29,764 nucleotides of DNA from a virus (Duplodnaviria > Caudoviricetes). Below, one piece after another: positions 1 through 10,900 of this stretch. Numbering within the stretch: position 1 is the first letter of the stretch; the number at the start of each line of letters is the position of its first letter. The notes under the pieces are model-generated. The model was not told where the DNA came from. It worked only from the letters and a program-made list of their open reading frames with translations, and made no database searches. Made by a program: the position numbers and the translations under genes. Where the stretch lies: positions 1 through 29,764 of the IMG/VR virus record IMGVR_UViG_3300021963_000475. One strand, given 5' to 3'.

Positions 1-1347
1 AGCGTGGCAACGCTGGAGCAATCGCTTTCCGCCCCGGCAACAAAGACGTTCTCAACAAGCATGAATGTTGATATGAGCGCAGCAGGCGACATCGTTGTGG
101 CAAAACTTACTGACGGATTTGCGATCTATGAGCGGTCTGGAACGACATGGTCGCTTGCCACTTCATTCGTTCTTGCGTCGGCGACTGCAACGATTTCTGG
201 TGACGGGTCTACCATCGCAGTATCTAGTGGCGCGACAATTTACTTGTACACAAAAACTGGCGGCGTGTGGTCTCTAAGCACATCCTTCGGATACGCTGCG
301 CCCAATTTGACAAGTTTTAATCTCGGCGGTAACAACCTTTCAATTGCGTATGACGCAACGTGGGTTGCGGGTATTGGCGTTTACGGGACAACCACTAAAT
401 TCGCTGTCTGGAGAAAAACTGGTGTCAATTCTTGGAGTGCCGCGGGGCTTGTTTCGCTTGCGACTCTTTCGGTTTATCGTTACGACTCAATCGGTATTAA
501 TGTCAATGGGTATGTGGCGCTAAATCGTTATCTCGCTAGCGGGTTCACGGCAAATAACTCCGACGCAATGCTGTATAAGTACGATTCTTTGTCTAATTCT
601 TATGTGCTTTCTAGAAACGGATTTTCTACCGGGAAGTCTGGTATCGGTGGAGCATCAATTGGATGGGATTCTTCAGGAAGTAACCTGAACATCTGGCGCA
701 ATACGGGCAATTTGACTATGAACACATCAACGTCAACTTTTTCGTATACGCGCTCAACGTACCAGTCGTACGGAATTGGAATCCGCGATTGGTCTGGCTC
801 TAGCGAAGTGTACGCCCCAAGGTATGGTGGGCCTACTCTTAGTTATCGATCTGATGCTGTTGTTCTTCTTGATTCGATTCTTGAAACAGACGATCAGATT
901 GTGACTACCGCATCCGGATTTAACCAATTGTTGGATGCTGGAACCTCAACGGCATACAACGCTACCATTGAAACAAAAGCATATTCGTTTGGCGACACGT
1001 CTGTTTTGAAATCGTTCAAAACTTTGATGTTTACCTACGATGCTGATGCCAAGAACGACGCTACTGATCCGGTTTTTGTGTGGTCGGCGGAGGGCCTTGA
1101 GCCGGTTTTCAACTTTGCCCTTGCGCCAAAGTACACTGCTGACGCGACGCCCTCAGCGACTCCTTCTGTGCCGTCTACGGAGACAACTAGGTACAGCATT
1201 TACCCTCGCGCCATTGACGCTGGTATCGGGTTTGCCTTCAAGACTAACTTTGTTGTTGCTGATTCTGCTACTGGGTTTGGGCGCTTCCAACTCTACGACG
1301 TAGGCATTAATGCTGTGGAACTTAGGAAGGGCCGAATCGTTCAGTGA
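1..1347 (+). CDS. Tail/DNA-stabilisation (tail tubular B / P22 gp10-like) beta-rich protein, probably 5'-truncated
   Basis: Ser/Thr/Gly-rich beta-propeller-like repeats (SISGDGSTIAVS, YERSGTTWS). C-terminal ETKAYSFGD..LKSFKTL resembles podoviral tail stabilisation proteins. Lies upstream of the fibre genes, and the frame is open at the window edge. Confidence 0.5.
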   Translation, partial: SVATLEQSLSAPATKTFSTSMNVDMSAAGDIVVAKLTDGFAIYERSGTTWSLATSFVLASATATISGDGSTIAVSSGATIYLYTKTGGVWSLSTSFGYAAPNLTSFNLGGNNLSIAYDATWVAGIGVYGTTTKFAVWRKTGVNSWSAAGLVSLATLSVYRYDSIGINVNGYVALNRYLASGFTANNSDAMLYKYDSLSNSYVLSRNGFSTGKSGIGGASIGWDSSGSNLNIWRNTGNLTMNTSTSTFSYTRSTYQSYGIGIRDWSGSSEVYAPRYGGPTLSYRSDAVVLLDSILETDDQIVTTASGFNQLLDAGTSTAYNATIETKAYSFGDTSVLKSFKTLMFTYDADAKNDATDPVFVWSAEGLEPVFNFALAPKYTADATPSATPSVPSTETTRYSIYPRAIDAGIGFAFKTNFVVADSATGFGRFQLYDVGINAVELRKGRIVQ

Positions 1348-2735
1348 CGCTTCCTCCGTTTGAAGATACTGAGGGTATGCGCATTGCTCTTTCTCAAGCG
1401 GGGACTATCCCGAATGCTGTCCTATACAACAATGGCAAAGCCCTATGGGACGCGATGGAAGCGGCTGGCGTGACGTCTGGAACATCCGATCCGCTCCCTA
1501 TCGGATCTGTGGTTGCTTATTCCGGCCCGACTATCCCAACCGGGTATCTAGATGCGGATGGTTCTAGCCAGTTGCGAGCATCATACCCTGATCTCTTTGC
1601 TGCTATTGGGACGACGTACGGGCCGGGTGCGGTTCCGGGCACGACGTTCGCGCTTCCGAACTTTGTTGGAACGTACACGAACTTCATCATTAAGGCGACG
1701 GCTGCGGCTGCTAGTACGACAGTGGTTAGTGAGACGCTCATTGCGGTGCCTCTAGGCTCGCTCCAGTTGTATGCGGGTAGTGTGTACCCGACGGGCTGGC
1801 TACGCGCTGACGGGACTGCTATCAGCCGCACAACGTACGCAGGCTTGTTCGCCATCATCGGAACAACGTACGGCGCTGGAGATGGCAGCACAACGTTCAA
1901 CCTCCCGAACCTTGCGTCTAGCGGCACCGGCAGCCCTGTCTACATCATTAAGGTTACGCTTAGTGGCAGTGTTGAGCCGTCTACCGTTGCCCATGCTTCG
2001 TCGCATATTCGTGCTGGAACGGATGTCATTGACGGGGATCGGGTACAGATTGATTATGTTCCGACCGCGTATACTCGCAATGCTGCGGCTCCCGGCGCTG
2101 GTGCTGTTACGGATCTTACTGCGCACCTTGCGGGGATTGATGCGGATAAATTGCGCGTAGGTGCTACTGCTGGAGGTGACTTAACTGGTTCGTATCCGTC
2201 GCCGACGGTGACGCAGTTGAGTAATACGCCGGTGCATAACAGCAACACCACGCTGAGTTTCCGAACGTCTAGCACTGAGCGCATGGGAGTTGACGCGAGC
2301 GGACGCGTCACGAAGCCTTACCAGCCAAGTTTCAAGGCATATGCCGCTGGTGGCGGACAGATTAACAATCCGGCAAACCCCACAAATCTTGTATTTGGTG
2401 ACGTGAGTACGCTTGGTGGGCATAACGTCGGAAGCCACTACAACACATCAACAGGAGTATTCACCGCTCCAGTAGCCGGGAAGTACCTGTTCTGTTTCAA
2501 CATGCTGATGAACCCGGCATTTAGCACAAATGATCCGGGGTTCGTGCTAGTTGGAATCTACTTGAATGGAACTTTCGCGTCCTATATGGCACATAACCAT
2601 AACCAAGCATGGGTTATGGAAGGTTCGTCAATCATCTTGTCAATGTCCGTAAATGACTACGCGCAAATGATTCTGCAATACGGGTCTGGACACTATGGCG
2701 TTTATTCGTATTTCAGCGGATGCCTACTTTCATAG
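1344..2735 (+). CDS. Tail fibre protein with two tail-collar domains and a C-terminal C1q-like head
   Basis: Two collar repeats (PIGSVVAYSG..PTGYL.ADG..YPDLFAAIGTTYG..F.LPN and PLGSLQLYAG..PTGWL.ADG..YAGLFAIIGTTYGAGDGSTTFNLPNL). C1q motifs (NVGSHYNTSTGVFTAPVAGKYLF, YSYFSGCLL). Confidence 0.85.
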   Translation: MTLPPFEDTEGMRIALSQAGTIPNAVLYNNGKALWDAMEAAGVTSGTSDPLPIGSVVAYSGPTIPTGYLDADGSSQLRASYPDLFAAIGTTYGPGAVPGTTFALPNFVGTYTNFIIKATAAAASTTVVSETLIAVPLGSLQLYAGSVYPTGWLRADGTAISRTTYAGLFAIIGTTYGAGDGSTTFNLPNLASSGTGSPVYIIKVTLSGSVEPSTVAHASSHIRAGTDVIDGDRVQIDYVPTAYTRNAAAPGAGAVTDLTAHLAGIDADKLRVGATAGGDLTGSYPSPTVTQLSNTPVHNSNTTLSFRTSSTERMGVDASGRVTKPYQPSFKAYAAGGGQINNPANPTNLVFGDVSTLGGHNVGSHYNTSTGVFTAPVAGKYLFCFNMLMNPAFSTNDPGFVLVGIYLNGTFASYMAHNHNQAWVMEGSSIILSMSVNDYAQMILQYGSGHYGVYSYFSGCLLS

Positions 2736-2744
2736 GGAGTAATA

Positions 2745-3005
2745 TTGCCTAAGTTCACCATTACTATCACCGACGTAGAAGCCGCAGCCCTCGCGCATGT
2801 GATGGCAGACCCGCAAGAGTGGGCGCAGAACGCGATCAGCGAACGTGCTCGGGTCGCTACGGAGGAGATCGTGCAGCGCGAGGTCGCTCGCATGGTTGCC
2901 GACCCAAGCATTACGGAGATTCCTGCTACTGCTGCTGAAATTGTGATGGCGGCTGCGCTTCCAGAAACTCTTACGCACACGCCAAAGATTTCCGGTGATG
3001 TATGA
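2745..3005 (+). CDS. Small protein downstream of the fibre (possible fibre chaperone)
   Basis: TTG start after GGGAG RBS, ATGA-coupled to the next gene. Function is inferred from position only. Confidence 0.55.
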   Translation: MPKFTITITDVEAAALAHVMADPQEWAQNAISERARVATEEIVQREVARMVADPSITEIPATAAEIVMAAALPETLTHTPKISGDV

Positions 3006-3736
3006 CTATTTTTGGTAGTGGGCATCAAGTAGTAACCAGTACAACTCGCCCGGGAAGCCCTATTGTCGGTCAGGTTATCTATGAAACGGACACGTTTAGT
3101 TACCGTTGGTGGACTGGCGCTGCATGGGAAGGAGTGGTGCCAGTTGGCACAGTCCAACCGTTTGCTGGGGCGACTGCCCCGAGCGGGTGGCTTTTCTGTG
3201 ATGGTGCCGCAGGTACGGGCGCTGGAACGGGTACGCTAAATGGTTCTGCTGGTCAGCCTTTTGCTGCTTTGTGGGCAATGATTGGCAATACTTACAACGT
3301 TGCTGGAACGCAGTCAGCATTCTATTTGCCTGATATGCGCGGACGCGCACCTGTTGGTAAGGGCGCGAACGCTGCTGTCAGTGCGTTGAATAACAACGAT
3401 GGTCTCGCCAACGCGTCTCGTAGTCCTAGCCATTCCCATACAGTAAATTCGCATAACCACACAGTTGATTCGCATGCCCATGGGCCGGGTGGGTATAACG
3501 CTCGCTGGGTCGCTGGCGGTAACATCTATTACGCTCAGGTCGGCGGCGCTGGCAACTGGGGCACAACTGTGTACGGTGGTGTCCAGACAATTGGCGCTAA
3601 CGCTGGCACTCTTGGCGGTGGTCTCATTGTGCAGGGAAGCAGCGACGCGTCTGCGCCGGGAACCAATTACTCGTCTCCGGGGACGACCGCTTCCGGCGGT
3701 TCGTACGTTACGTTGAACTACATCATCAAGTATTGA
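3002..3736 (+). CDS. Tail-collar domain protein (short fibre)
   Basis: PVGTVQPFAGATAPSGWLFCDG..LWAMIGNTY..FYLPDMRGR, SHSHT/SHNHT His repeats, C-terminal LNYIIKY. Confidence 0.85.
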   Translation: MTIFGSGHQVVTSTTRPGSPIVGQVIYETDTFSYRWWTGAAWEGVVPVGTVQPFAGATAPSGWLFCDGAAGTGAGTGTLNGSAGQPFAALWAMIGNTYNVAGTQSAFYLPDMRGRAPVGKGANAAVSALNNNDGLANASRSPSHSHTVNSHNHTVDSHAHGPGGYNARWVAGGNIYYAQVGGAGNWGTTVYGGVQTIGANAGTLGGGLIVQGSSDASAPGTNYSSPGTTASGGSYVTLNYIIKY

Positions 3737-3960
3737 GGTATAAAGTGAACACTGTTCTTATTTCCGTAAAGAATCCGATGACTGGCGAGATGATTGACAA
3801 CGTTGAAATGAAGTTGTTTTTCAACATCAGTTATGACGAGCACAACACTCGTCTTGTCGTGACCGGAATGTCGGAGATTTTCCTTGGCGACGACAACAGC
3901 GTTATTGACCGCGGAGTCATTACTGAACCCGATGTTATCCCGGAGATCCCTAATGGCTAA
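3733..3960 (+). CDS. Hypothetical protein
   Basis: Fills the gap between two tail genes and overlaps both. No recognisable motif. Confidence 0.45.
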   Translation: MRYKVNTVLISVKNPMTGEMIDNVEMKLFFNISYDEHNTRLVVTGMSEIFLGDDNSVIDRGVITEPDVIPEIPNG

Positions 3961-4663
3961 AGCATTCCCGGGTCTTGGCGCCACTGTGTGCGACACGATC
4001 AGTGATCTTCCGTCGTCCCCAACTGAAGGGATGATTGCGTATCAAAAAGATACGAATGAATTGAAGATTTATGATGGCTCACTGTGGGTAACGATGATGG
4101 ACACTGATGCTCCCCCGGGCCTTGTCCTTATTCAGCCAACAAGTGTCGTAAACGCCACTAACTCATCTGGTTCAATTACGTTTTCCAACGTTGCAAGTTT
4201 TAGTGTAAACGGTGTTTTCAGTAATCAGTTTACTAATTACAAAATTGTTGGGAGTATTTCTAATCCAGCCAATGTCCCCCAAAACGCTGTGATCAGAATG
4301 CGTTCTGCCGGTACAGACAACACATCTGCTGTTTATACAAAGATTCAACAGTACAGTTATCCAACTTCTGGCCCGTCTAGGGATGCGTATAACAATCTGA
4401 CATACGCTGGGTTTTGCTCTATGAGTAGTACGCAGAATGCTTTTAGTGGAGATGTTATGACTCCGTTTGCAGCAATGCCGACGTACGGACTTTTCTTGGG
4501 TACGTTCATTGGATCCTCAACAAGCATTGAGGCGGGAACGTTCCAGTGGGTTCATAATGCAAATTCTTCGTTTGATGGATTTACAATTGGAGGCCCGGGC
4601 GCTGGCGGATCGAATAACGTGTCTGGGTGGTTGCGCGTTTACGGGTATAGAGACAGTGTCTGA
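3953..4663 (+). CDS. Putative minor tail protein
   Basis: Likely start ATG 3953 (MAKAF) after GGAG. PSSPTEGMIAYQKDT..YDGSLW repeat and the terminal VYGYR are typical of phage tail-appendage proteins. Confidence 0.6.
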   Translation: MAKAFPGLGATVCDTISDLPSSPTEGMIAYQKDTNELKIYDGSLWVTMMDTDAPPGLVLIQPTSVVNATNSSGSITFSNVASFSVNGVFSNQFTNYKIVGSISNPANVPQNAVIRMRSAGTDNTSAVYTKIQQYSYPTSGPSRDAYNNLTYAGFCSMSSTQNAFSGDVMTPFAAMPTYGLFLGTFIGSSTSIEAGTFQWVHNANSSFDGFTIGGPGAGGSNNVSGWLRVYGYRDSV

Positions 4664-4675
4664 TAATCTTTAACT

Positions 4676-4972
4676 ATGGATTTGTACAACGCTCAGCGCA
4701 CAAACTTTCAGACTGCAATGCCTCGCCTCGCCACGAAGCCGGGCCAGCAGCGTCAGTTGATGCCGCGCAGTACGAATCGTGGGAAGGCCGCTATGCCGAT
4801 GCCTCCTCAGGCTATGCCGGTTAGTAGTACGGAGGGTGGTCCGGTACTTGCGAAGAAGCCGATGCCTAATGGTGGCGAGATGAGCATTATGCCGGTGAAG
4901 AAGGGCGCTGGCGGGCCGATGAAGTCTGCTGATATGATTAAGAAGATGGCTGCTTTTAAGCCGAGAATGTAG
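4676..4972 (+). CDS. Met/Pro/Lys-rich hypothetical protein
   Basis: 98 aa with 13 Met, low complexity, in the virion operon. Confidence 0.6.
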   Translation: MDLYNAQRTNFQTAMPRLATKPGQQRQLMPRSTNRGKAAMPMPPQAMPVSSTEGGPVLAKKPMPNGGEMSIMPVKKGAGGPMKSADMIKKMAAFKPRM

Positions 4973-4979
4973 GAGAATT

Positions 4980-5687
4980 ATGGCGAGCATGAACCCGTCT
5001 GCTGATCGTGTCGGTCGCAGCAAGTACAAGGGAAGCGCATTCCTTGGTGGTGCTGGTGGTTCCGGCCCGGGGCGCGCGTTGTCTGATGCTGAGAAGGCTG
5101 CTCAGCCGGGGATGAATCCTGCTGCTGAGAAGGCGCAGCGTGGCGCTCCGAAGACTGGGTATGGGCCGACTGGTTCTGGCAATCCGACTGATCAGTGGGT
5201 TGGTAAGGGTAGTGATCGTCGGTATGTGCAGGTTCCTAAGGCTAGTACTGATAGGGGTAAGGTTTCGACTCCTGTTTCTACTACGGAGAGTAATCGCGCT
5301 TCGGCTGCTGCTGGTGTGAACGCTGGGGCTAGTCGTAACGCTCCGACGCGCAAGGCCCCTACGAGCGCTTCTCCTAAGGATCAGGGCGATAGTCGTGGGG
5401 CTCCGATTGGTTCTGATAGTGCGGCTGCTCCTAAGCGTGACGGTGGTAAGCCGTCTAAGCCTGCTAATGATGCTCCTGCTTCGTCGTCGTCCGCGTCGTC
5501 GTCCTCTGCTTCGTCTGGCGATAAGCCGAAGAAGGCTGCTCCTGCTGTTCCGGGAACGCTGAACTACTTTATGAAGATGACCATGAGCGATGGTAAGAAG
5601 AACGCTCGCAACCGTGCTTATCAGATGTTCAAGAACTATAAGAAGTCTGGGAAGTTGCCGGGCGATATGGGTTCGGCCACGCAGTAG
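4980..5687 (+). CDS. Low-complexity basic protein (putative internal virion protein)
   Basis: AGGAG RBS. Ala/Ser/Gly/Lys-rich and apparently disordered. Lies upstream of the large virion protein. Confidence 0.55.
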   Translation: MASMNPSADRVGRSKYKGSAFLGGAGGSGPGRALSDAEKAAQPGMNPAAEKAQRGAPKTGYGPTGSGNPTDQWVGKGSDRRYVQVPKASTDRGKVSTPVSTTESNRASAAAGVNAGASRNAPTRKAPTSASPKDQGDSRGAPIGSDSAAAPKRDGGKPSKPANDAPASSSSASSSSASSGDKPKKAAPAVPGTLNYFMKMTMSDGKKNARNRAYQMFKNYKKSGKLPGDMGSATQ

Positions 5688-6955
5688 TGGCGACTCGTCC
5701 TGCCCCCGCTAAGTCTGGCAATAGGCCGCCCGCTCCTCCTCCGGCTCCTAAGCCTCCGGGTCCTAGGCCGCCTGCCGCTTCAGCGCCTAAGCCGCCGACT
5801 GCTCCTGCCGCTAAGCCAACGAGTTCTACTCCTGTAAGGAATGCTGGTGGCCAGCCGACTAGTCGTCAGGGTAGTGCTCCTGCCGCTAAGCCGCCGAAGC
5901 CTAAGGGTAACCCGGGGCCGGGCCGTTCGTGGGTGTTTAAGAATGGGAGTTGGGTTGCCGAACGTAAGACTGTTGCTGCGAATGTGAGCGCTCCGGCTGG
6001 GGCTACTGGTGGCAGGACGCAGACGGGTAAGAATGGTAGCGTTGTTCTCGGTGCGCCCGCTTCTGATGCTGATACTGGTGTCGATACCGGTGGTGCTGAT
6101 GTTGGCGCTGCTGTTGAGCCGCCCGTAACGTCCAAGACTCCTGAGCAGATTCAGGCAGACATTACTAGCGCCGCCCAGTCTGAAGTTGCTATGCGAGATC
6201 CCGCTTTGCAGGGACAATGGACTAGCGGCACAATGGGTCTTGGTGGCTTGGGATTTGGGTATACGAAGGCTGGCGGAGGAGCGGCAACGTATAACGATAT
6301 CTTTGGCTCTCTTGCCCCGGGTGCTGCGGTTGACCGTAATGCTTTTGAGGTACGAGATGCTCTTGGCCGTGTAATCAATACGGATATTCTCAACACTGAT
6401 GTGTATGGTGGCCGGGCCGCTACTGACATTGCTGGCACTGCGCTAGGTAATGCGATCCTTGAGTCTCGCCGTGGATCTGCTCGTGCTGCTGAGGAGCGTT
6501 CTGCTGGTGGTATTACTGGTGGTGGCTTGCGTACTGCTGCTGGCGAGGTTCAGAAGCAGCAGCAGGGCGCGGAGATCACTGGTCTGCTCGGCAAGTTGTA
6601 TGGGCTTGAGAGTGATATTACGAGCAGTAGGACGAAGACGTATCAGGATGCCCTAGAGAGCGCTGCTGGCGGTGACATTGGTCGTTGGGCACCGGAGACC
6701 GAAACCCCCGCTTCGACTGGTGGTTCGACTTCTGCTACTCCCACTGCTCCTTCTCCCGCTGGAAGAACTGCCCTTACCGGTGGCCCTGCGGGTACCTTTA
6801 TGAAAGAGGCTAACGCTGCTCGCGCGGCTGGTACTCCTAAGCAGAAGATTCAGAAGTTGACTGCGCTCTTGAACAACTCCAAGTACAATTTGACTGATCT
6901 TCAGAAGAAGACGATCAAGCAGATGATCACGAACATTCAGAAGAAGAAGAAGTAA
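5687..6955 (+). CDS. Putative internal virion/ejection protein
   Basis: Pro/Ala-rich N-terminus, Gly/Ala-rich helical middle (RSAGGITGGGLRTAA), poly-Lys end. Translationally coupled to its neighbours. Confidence 0.55.
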   Translation: MATRPAPAKSGNRPPAPPPAPKPPGPRPPAASAPKPPTAPAAKPTSSTPVRNAGGQPTSRQGSAPAAKPPKPKGNPGPGRSWVFKNGSWVAERKTVAANVSAPAGATGGRTQTGKNGSVVLGAPASDADTGVDTGGADVGAAVEPPVTSKTPEQIQADITSAAQSEVAMRDPALQGQWTSGTMGLGGLGFGYTKAGGGAATYNDIFGSLAPGAAVDRNAFEVRDALGRVINTDILNTDVYGGRAATDIAGTALGNAILESRRGSARAAEERSAGGITGGGLRTAAGEVQKQQQGAEITGLLGKLYGLESDITSSRTKTYQDALESAAGGDIGRWAPETETPASTGGSTSATPTAPSPAGRTALTGGPAGTFMKEANAARAAGTPKQKIQKLTALLNNSKYNLTDLQKKTIKQMITNIQKKKK

Positions 6956-7974
6956 TGGCAAAGCCAGTTAAGAAGAATACTCCCGGCCCGTACGATACGC
7001 CGTTTATGACTAAACGCGAGCGTGAGCGTAAGGCTCAGCAGACTGCGCGTGGTGCTGTTGAGAGCGTTACTGATATTGAGAATCGGAGGCGGCGTGAGGA
7101 ACTTGCTGCTCAGGGGATTACTCAGTCGTTTCAGCAGATGCTTGCTCAGCAGGCGAATGCTCAGGCTAGTCGCCTTGCTGCTATTCAGGGTGCTGCTGGT
7201 GAGAATGTTGGTGCTGGTACTCTTGCTGCTTCGATTACTGGTACGACGCAGGCTGCTGATCTTGCGCCGCGTCTTGCCGCTGGCCGCGGTACGGAGATTC
7301 AGTCTGATGTTGCTGCTCGCGCGTCGCAGGCGCGTAAGGAGCGGGCACAGGATTTTCGCAAGTATTTGACGCAGGCTCGTGCTGATGTCGAAGCGGGCGA
7401 GCGCGAGAAGCAGGCGGCACAAATCGAATCTGCTGCTACGGCTAAGGCTTATGATCTCAAGTTGAAGGATTATGAGCGTGGTGTGTACGAGTCTGATCGT
7501 AAGTACGAACTTGATCTTGCTAAGTATGAAACGCAGTTGGCTAAGGCCGACACGGGTAAGATTGATGATCTTATCCCGACGTTTACTTCTATTGCTAAGG
7601 ACTCCGCATCTAAGAAGGGCACCGGTGGTTGGGAGGGTACGGTCACTTATACGGATTCCATTGATGGTAAGCAGAAGAAGATTGATGTCAAGGGTGTCGC
7701 GTTTGACCCGTCGAAGAAGACGGGCGCTCAGCGTGATGCGTTTTGGAAGAAGTATGTTGAGCAGAAGACTGGGGCTAAGGTCTCAGGCATCCCTGTCCGA
7801 AATGTTGAGCGCGGTTCTACTAAGCGTTCTCCTTCTGAGATCGCCAAGATGATGTTTGAATCGGCGGGTACGCTTGGTTCGTTTAGCGATGCTGAGATCT
7901 ATCAGGCTATTATGCGCACTCCGTTCGGCATGATGAATGCTGCTGCGGTGCGAGAGGCATATCAGGGGCTGTAG
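6955..7974 (+). CDS. Putative internal virion/ejection protein (coiled-coil, Ala/Gln-rich)
   Basis: Helical A/Q/E-rich N-terminal half. TAATG overlap. Directly precedes the largest gene. Confidence 0.55.
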   Translation: MAKPVKKNTPGPYDTPFMTKRERERKAQQTARGAVESVTDIENRRRREELAAQGITQSFQQMLAQQANAQASRLAAIQGAAGENVGAGTLAASITGTTQAADLAPRLAAGRGTEIQSDVAARASQARKERAQDFRKYLTQARADVEAGEREKQAAQIESAATAKAYDLKLKDYERGVYESDRKYELDLAKYETQLAKADTGKIDDLIPTFTSIAKDSASKKGTGGWEGTVTYTDSIDGKQKKIDVKGVAFDPSKKTGAQRDAFWKKYVEQKTGAKVSGIPVRNVERGSTKRSPSEIAKMMFESAGTLGSFSDAEIYQAIMRTPFGMMNAAAVREAYQGL

Positions 7975-7975
7975 A

Positions 7976-10900
7976 TTGCCCCCGCTTCCGCGTAACCCTA
8001 AGAGGGGGCCAATCGTCATTACGTCGGGGCCGGGCCGCCCTGCTCCTATTAAGAAGCAGCCACTCCCGGCTTACGGGCCGTACAAGTTGCCGCTTACGGA
8101 TGTTGAGAAGCGCATTGTTATTAAGAAGCGCACGCCTAAGTACATTGATACGCCGCAGGGGAGGATCGCTACTGGTGGTGGTGGCGTTGGATTCTTCACT
8201 AAGGGCGACAAGGGTAAGATCATGGGGCGCGTTCGTGAGCGTGCCATGGAGCGCGAGGGTGCGTTGCGCGACAAGGTTGAGCGTCAGCGCGTTGCTGCGT
8301 CGGAGCCTCGGCTTGCTGCTCCGCCGTTGCCTAGCCTGAAGAGCGTTGTTCGCGAAACGAAGAAGGAGGATTCTAACACGGGTTTTCTTGAGGGGCTTGC
8401 TGACGACATTGGTCTTGACGACTTTTATCGGGACAATGTTCTCCCGACGGTTGGTCGTGCTTTTGGTCAAATGTTTGAGAATGCGAAGGAAACGTATGGC
8501 GTTAGCGTTGTTGCTCCGGGCCTAAACATTGCTCGTACTGTTGCTGACGCTACGGGTGTTAGTGACAAGATTGATGAGCCGTTTGATTATGCAGCGAACC
8601 TTGTCAAGGGTGGTGCTGGTATCGCGAAGACGCAGGGCTTTGATCGTGCTAAGCCGTATGTTGCTGGTGTGATTGATGGTGCTTCGAAGTTAGGCAAGGG
8701 CGGAGTTGAGGCTGTTGGCAAGGTAGATGATTTCTTGCAGACAGAGGTCCCTGTTTACGATTCTGTGAAGACGTGGACTGATCGTAACGCTGTGCAGCCG
8801 TCAAAGGATGCGGCCGTTGAAGTGTTGTCGCGTGTGACGGATCAGCCGATCAATAAGCGTATCGATAAGGCTGATGAGTTTGATCGTAACTTTGTTTATC
8901 AGGCTAACGATATTACGCAGCGCGGGATGGAGCGCGAGACTGCTGCTCCTCAGGAGCGCCGTGATGTGTGGGTGCAGATGGCGCTTGGCGAGTTTGACGA
9001 TCCGGCTTGGGAGGGTTACAAGTCTCCGTTTACTCGCGAGCAGTTGGAGCGAATGTCGGATTACGAGTTGGCGAATGCTGCGTATGGTACGCATACGAGC
9101 ACGATTGCTTCGTTGTTTGAGGCTGCTAAGAATGATCTGAAGAAGATTGGCGCTATGCCTGCGGCGATTGGCGCGTTGTCGCGACAGATTCAGGACGCGA
9201 ATGACAAGGGTGATTTTCGCGGTCTTGGCAACATGGCGGAGTTCCTTGTTCGTCAGGGCGTGTCGAACATGGTGGCGCTTAGTAAGGCGAACTTGTATGT
9301 GATGACTGGCGGCAAGGCTGGTAATTATCAGGATCTTGTTCGTGCTTTGCAGGCTGAGCCGATTCTCACTGGTCTTGATGTTGCCTCCACGGCAACGATT
9401 TATGGCAAGGCCGCGACGTTTGGGTTGAAGTCTGGCGGCGCCCTTACTAAGGCTGGCGCTGTTGCTAGCCGCGTCCCGGGTGCCGTTCCTGCTGGCCGTG
9501 TTATTGCTCGTGGCGCTGAGGCTGCTGCCGCTCGTCCTATTGCCGGTGCTCCTCTTCGGGCTGCTGCTACGACTGGTCGCGGGTTGCGCCGTATTGCTGA
9601 TGTTGAGGAGGTTCAGGTTCGCGATCCAGCCATGGCTGCTGTCGGGGATATCGCTGGCGCAACGGTTGGTGCTGACCGCACGTTCAGGCCGTCCTCCTCG
9701 TTCTTCTCTAAGTCTGCTTCGCTTTTGCGCAAGCGGCTATACGAGGGGAACAATCCCGTTTCGCGTGCTATCTACAAGCGCGGAGAAGTCGCTGACGCTA
9801 GCAAGTTCCGCGCTATCGCGTCTGCTGTTGTCGAAGAGTTGGGAACTGAGCGTGCCGCTCCTGTCGTCAAGGCGTTCAAGGAGATCTTTGATGAGGATCC
9901 AAACGTGGCGTTGCGCGTCATGTGGGATCTCAGCGGTTCTGAATCTTTCAAGATGCCTGAGGGTCTTGGTGGTCGCGTTGTTGATCTGACTCCGGGTAAG
10001 CGTGCTGACGAGTTGGAGGGCGTACTTGCTGGGCAGTTGTGGGTTAGGCGCGGCGGCAAGGATGGCGATGATGCGTTTAGGTTTAGCGATGCTTCTCCGG
10101 GGGAGGGTTGGGCAAACGTTGTCACCAAGAAGCCTAAGGGTATGCCCAAGGGTACCGTTATTAAACTAAGTAAGATTGAGAAGGCGAACATTGAGCAGAG
10201 CATTCTGCTTCTTCGCAAGATTGACGAACTCCCAGAAGATGTTGTTGCACGCGCTAAGGAGCGCCTTGACGCTCCGTATCGTGAACAGTTTGGCGAAACG
10301 ATTGGTAAGCGGATTGGCGGGCGTAACGCCCCAGAGGGTTCGCTTACTGATGTTCTGCAGTTGCAGGAGTTGCAGAACATGCGGAGCCTTGATCGGCTCG
10401 GAGTAAATATCGACCCACGTATTGCTGATATTTCTCCGGGTGTACAGTCACGTTTGTCTGAGCGGTTCGGTATCGGGAAGCCGACGAGTATTGGGCGTCG
10501 TGATGTTGCTGGTATTGCTCGTCTTCAGGACGAGACAATCGCGCGTCTGATGCCGCTGGTTGGCGACGAGTTCCGGGCGGAGATTGAGAAGATTCTCTCT
10601 GAACAAAAACTAGAAGTATCTAAGCGTCTTGTTGATCTTGAAAATAAAAAGGTCGCTATTGAAAAATCCAAAGAGAACCTTTCGGAATTCGTTGACAACA
10701 TTGATGAACTTGACGCTGAGATTAGTTTGCTTGAGGAAAAACTTGGCGCACTGAATGCGGAAAACCCCGAGGTTGTGCAACTTACTCATCAAGAGGCTTG
10801 GCGGTTTGCGTCTAAGGCTGCTGATTTTTGGAAGAAGTTGTATGGGAAAGCAAATGGTGGCGCTGGGTCTGTCGACGCTCCGACTTGGAAAGATAGCCCA

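Noticed and set aside
1344-4663. Diversity-generating retroelement acting on the fibre tips
   Set aside because: No reverse transcriptase and no near-identical TR/VR pair were seen.
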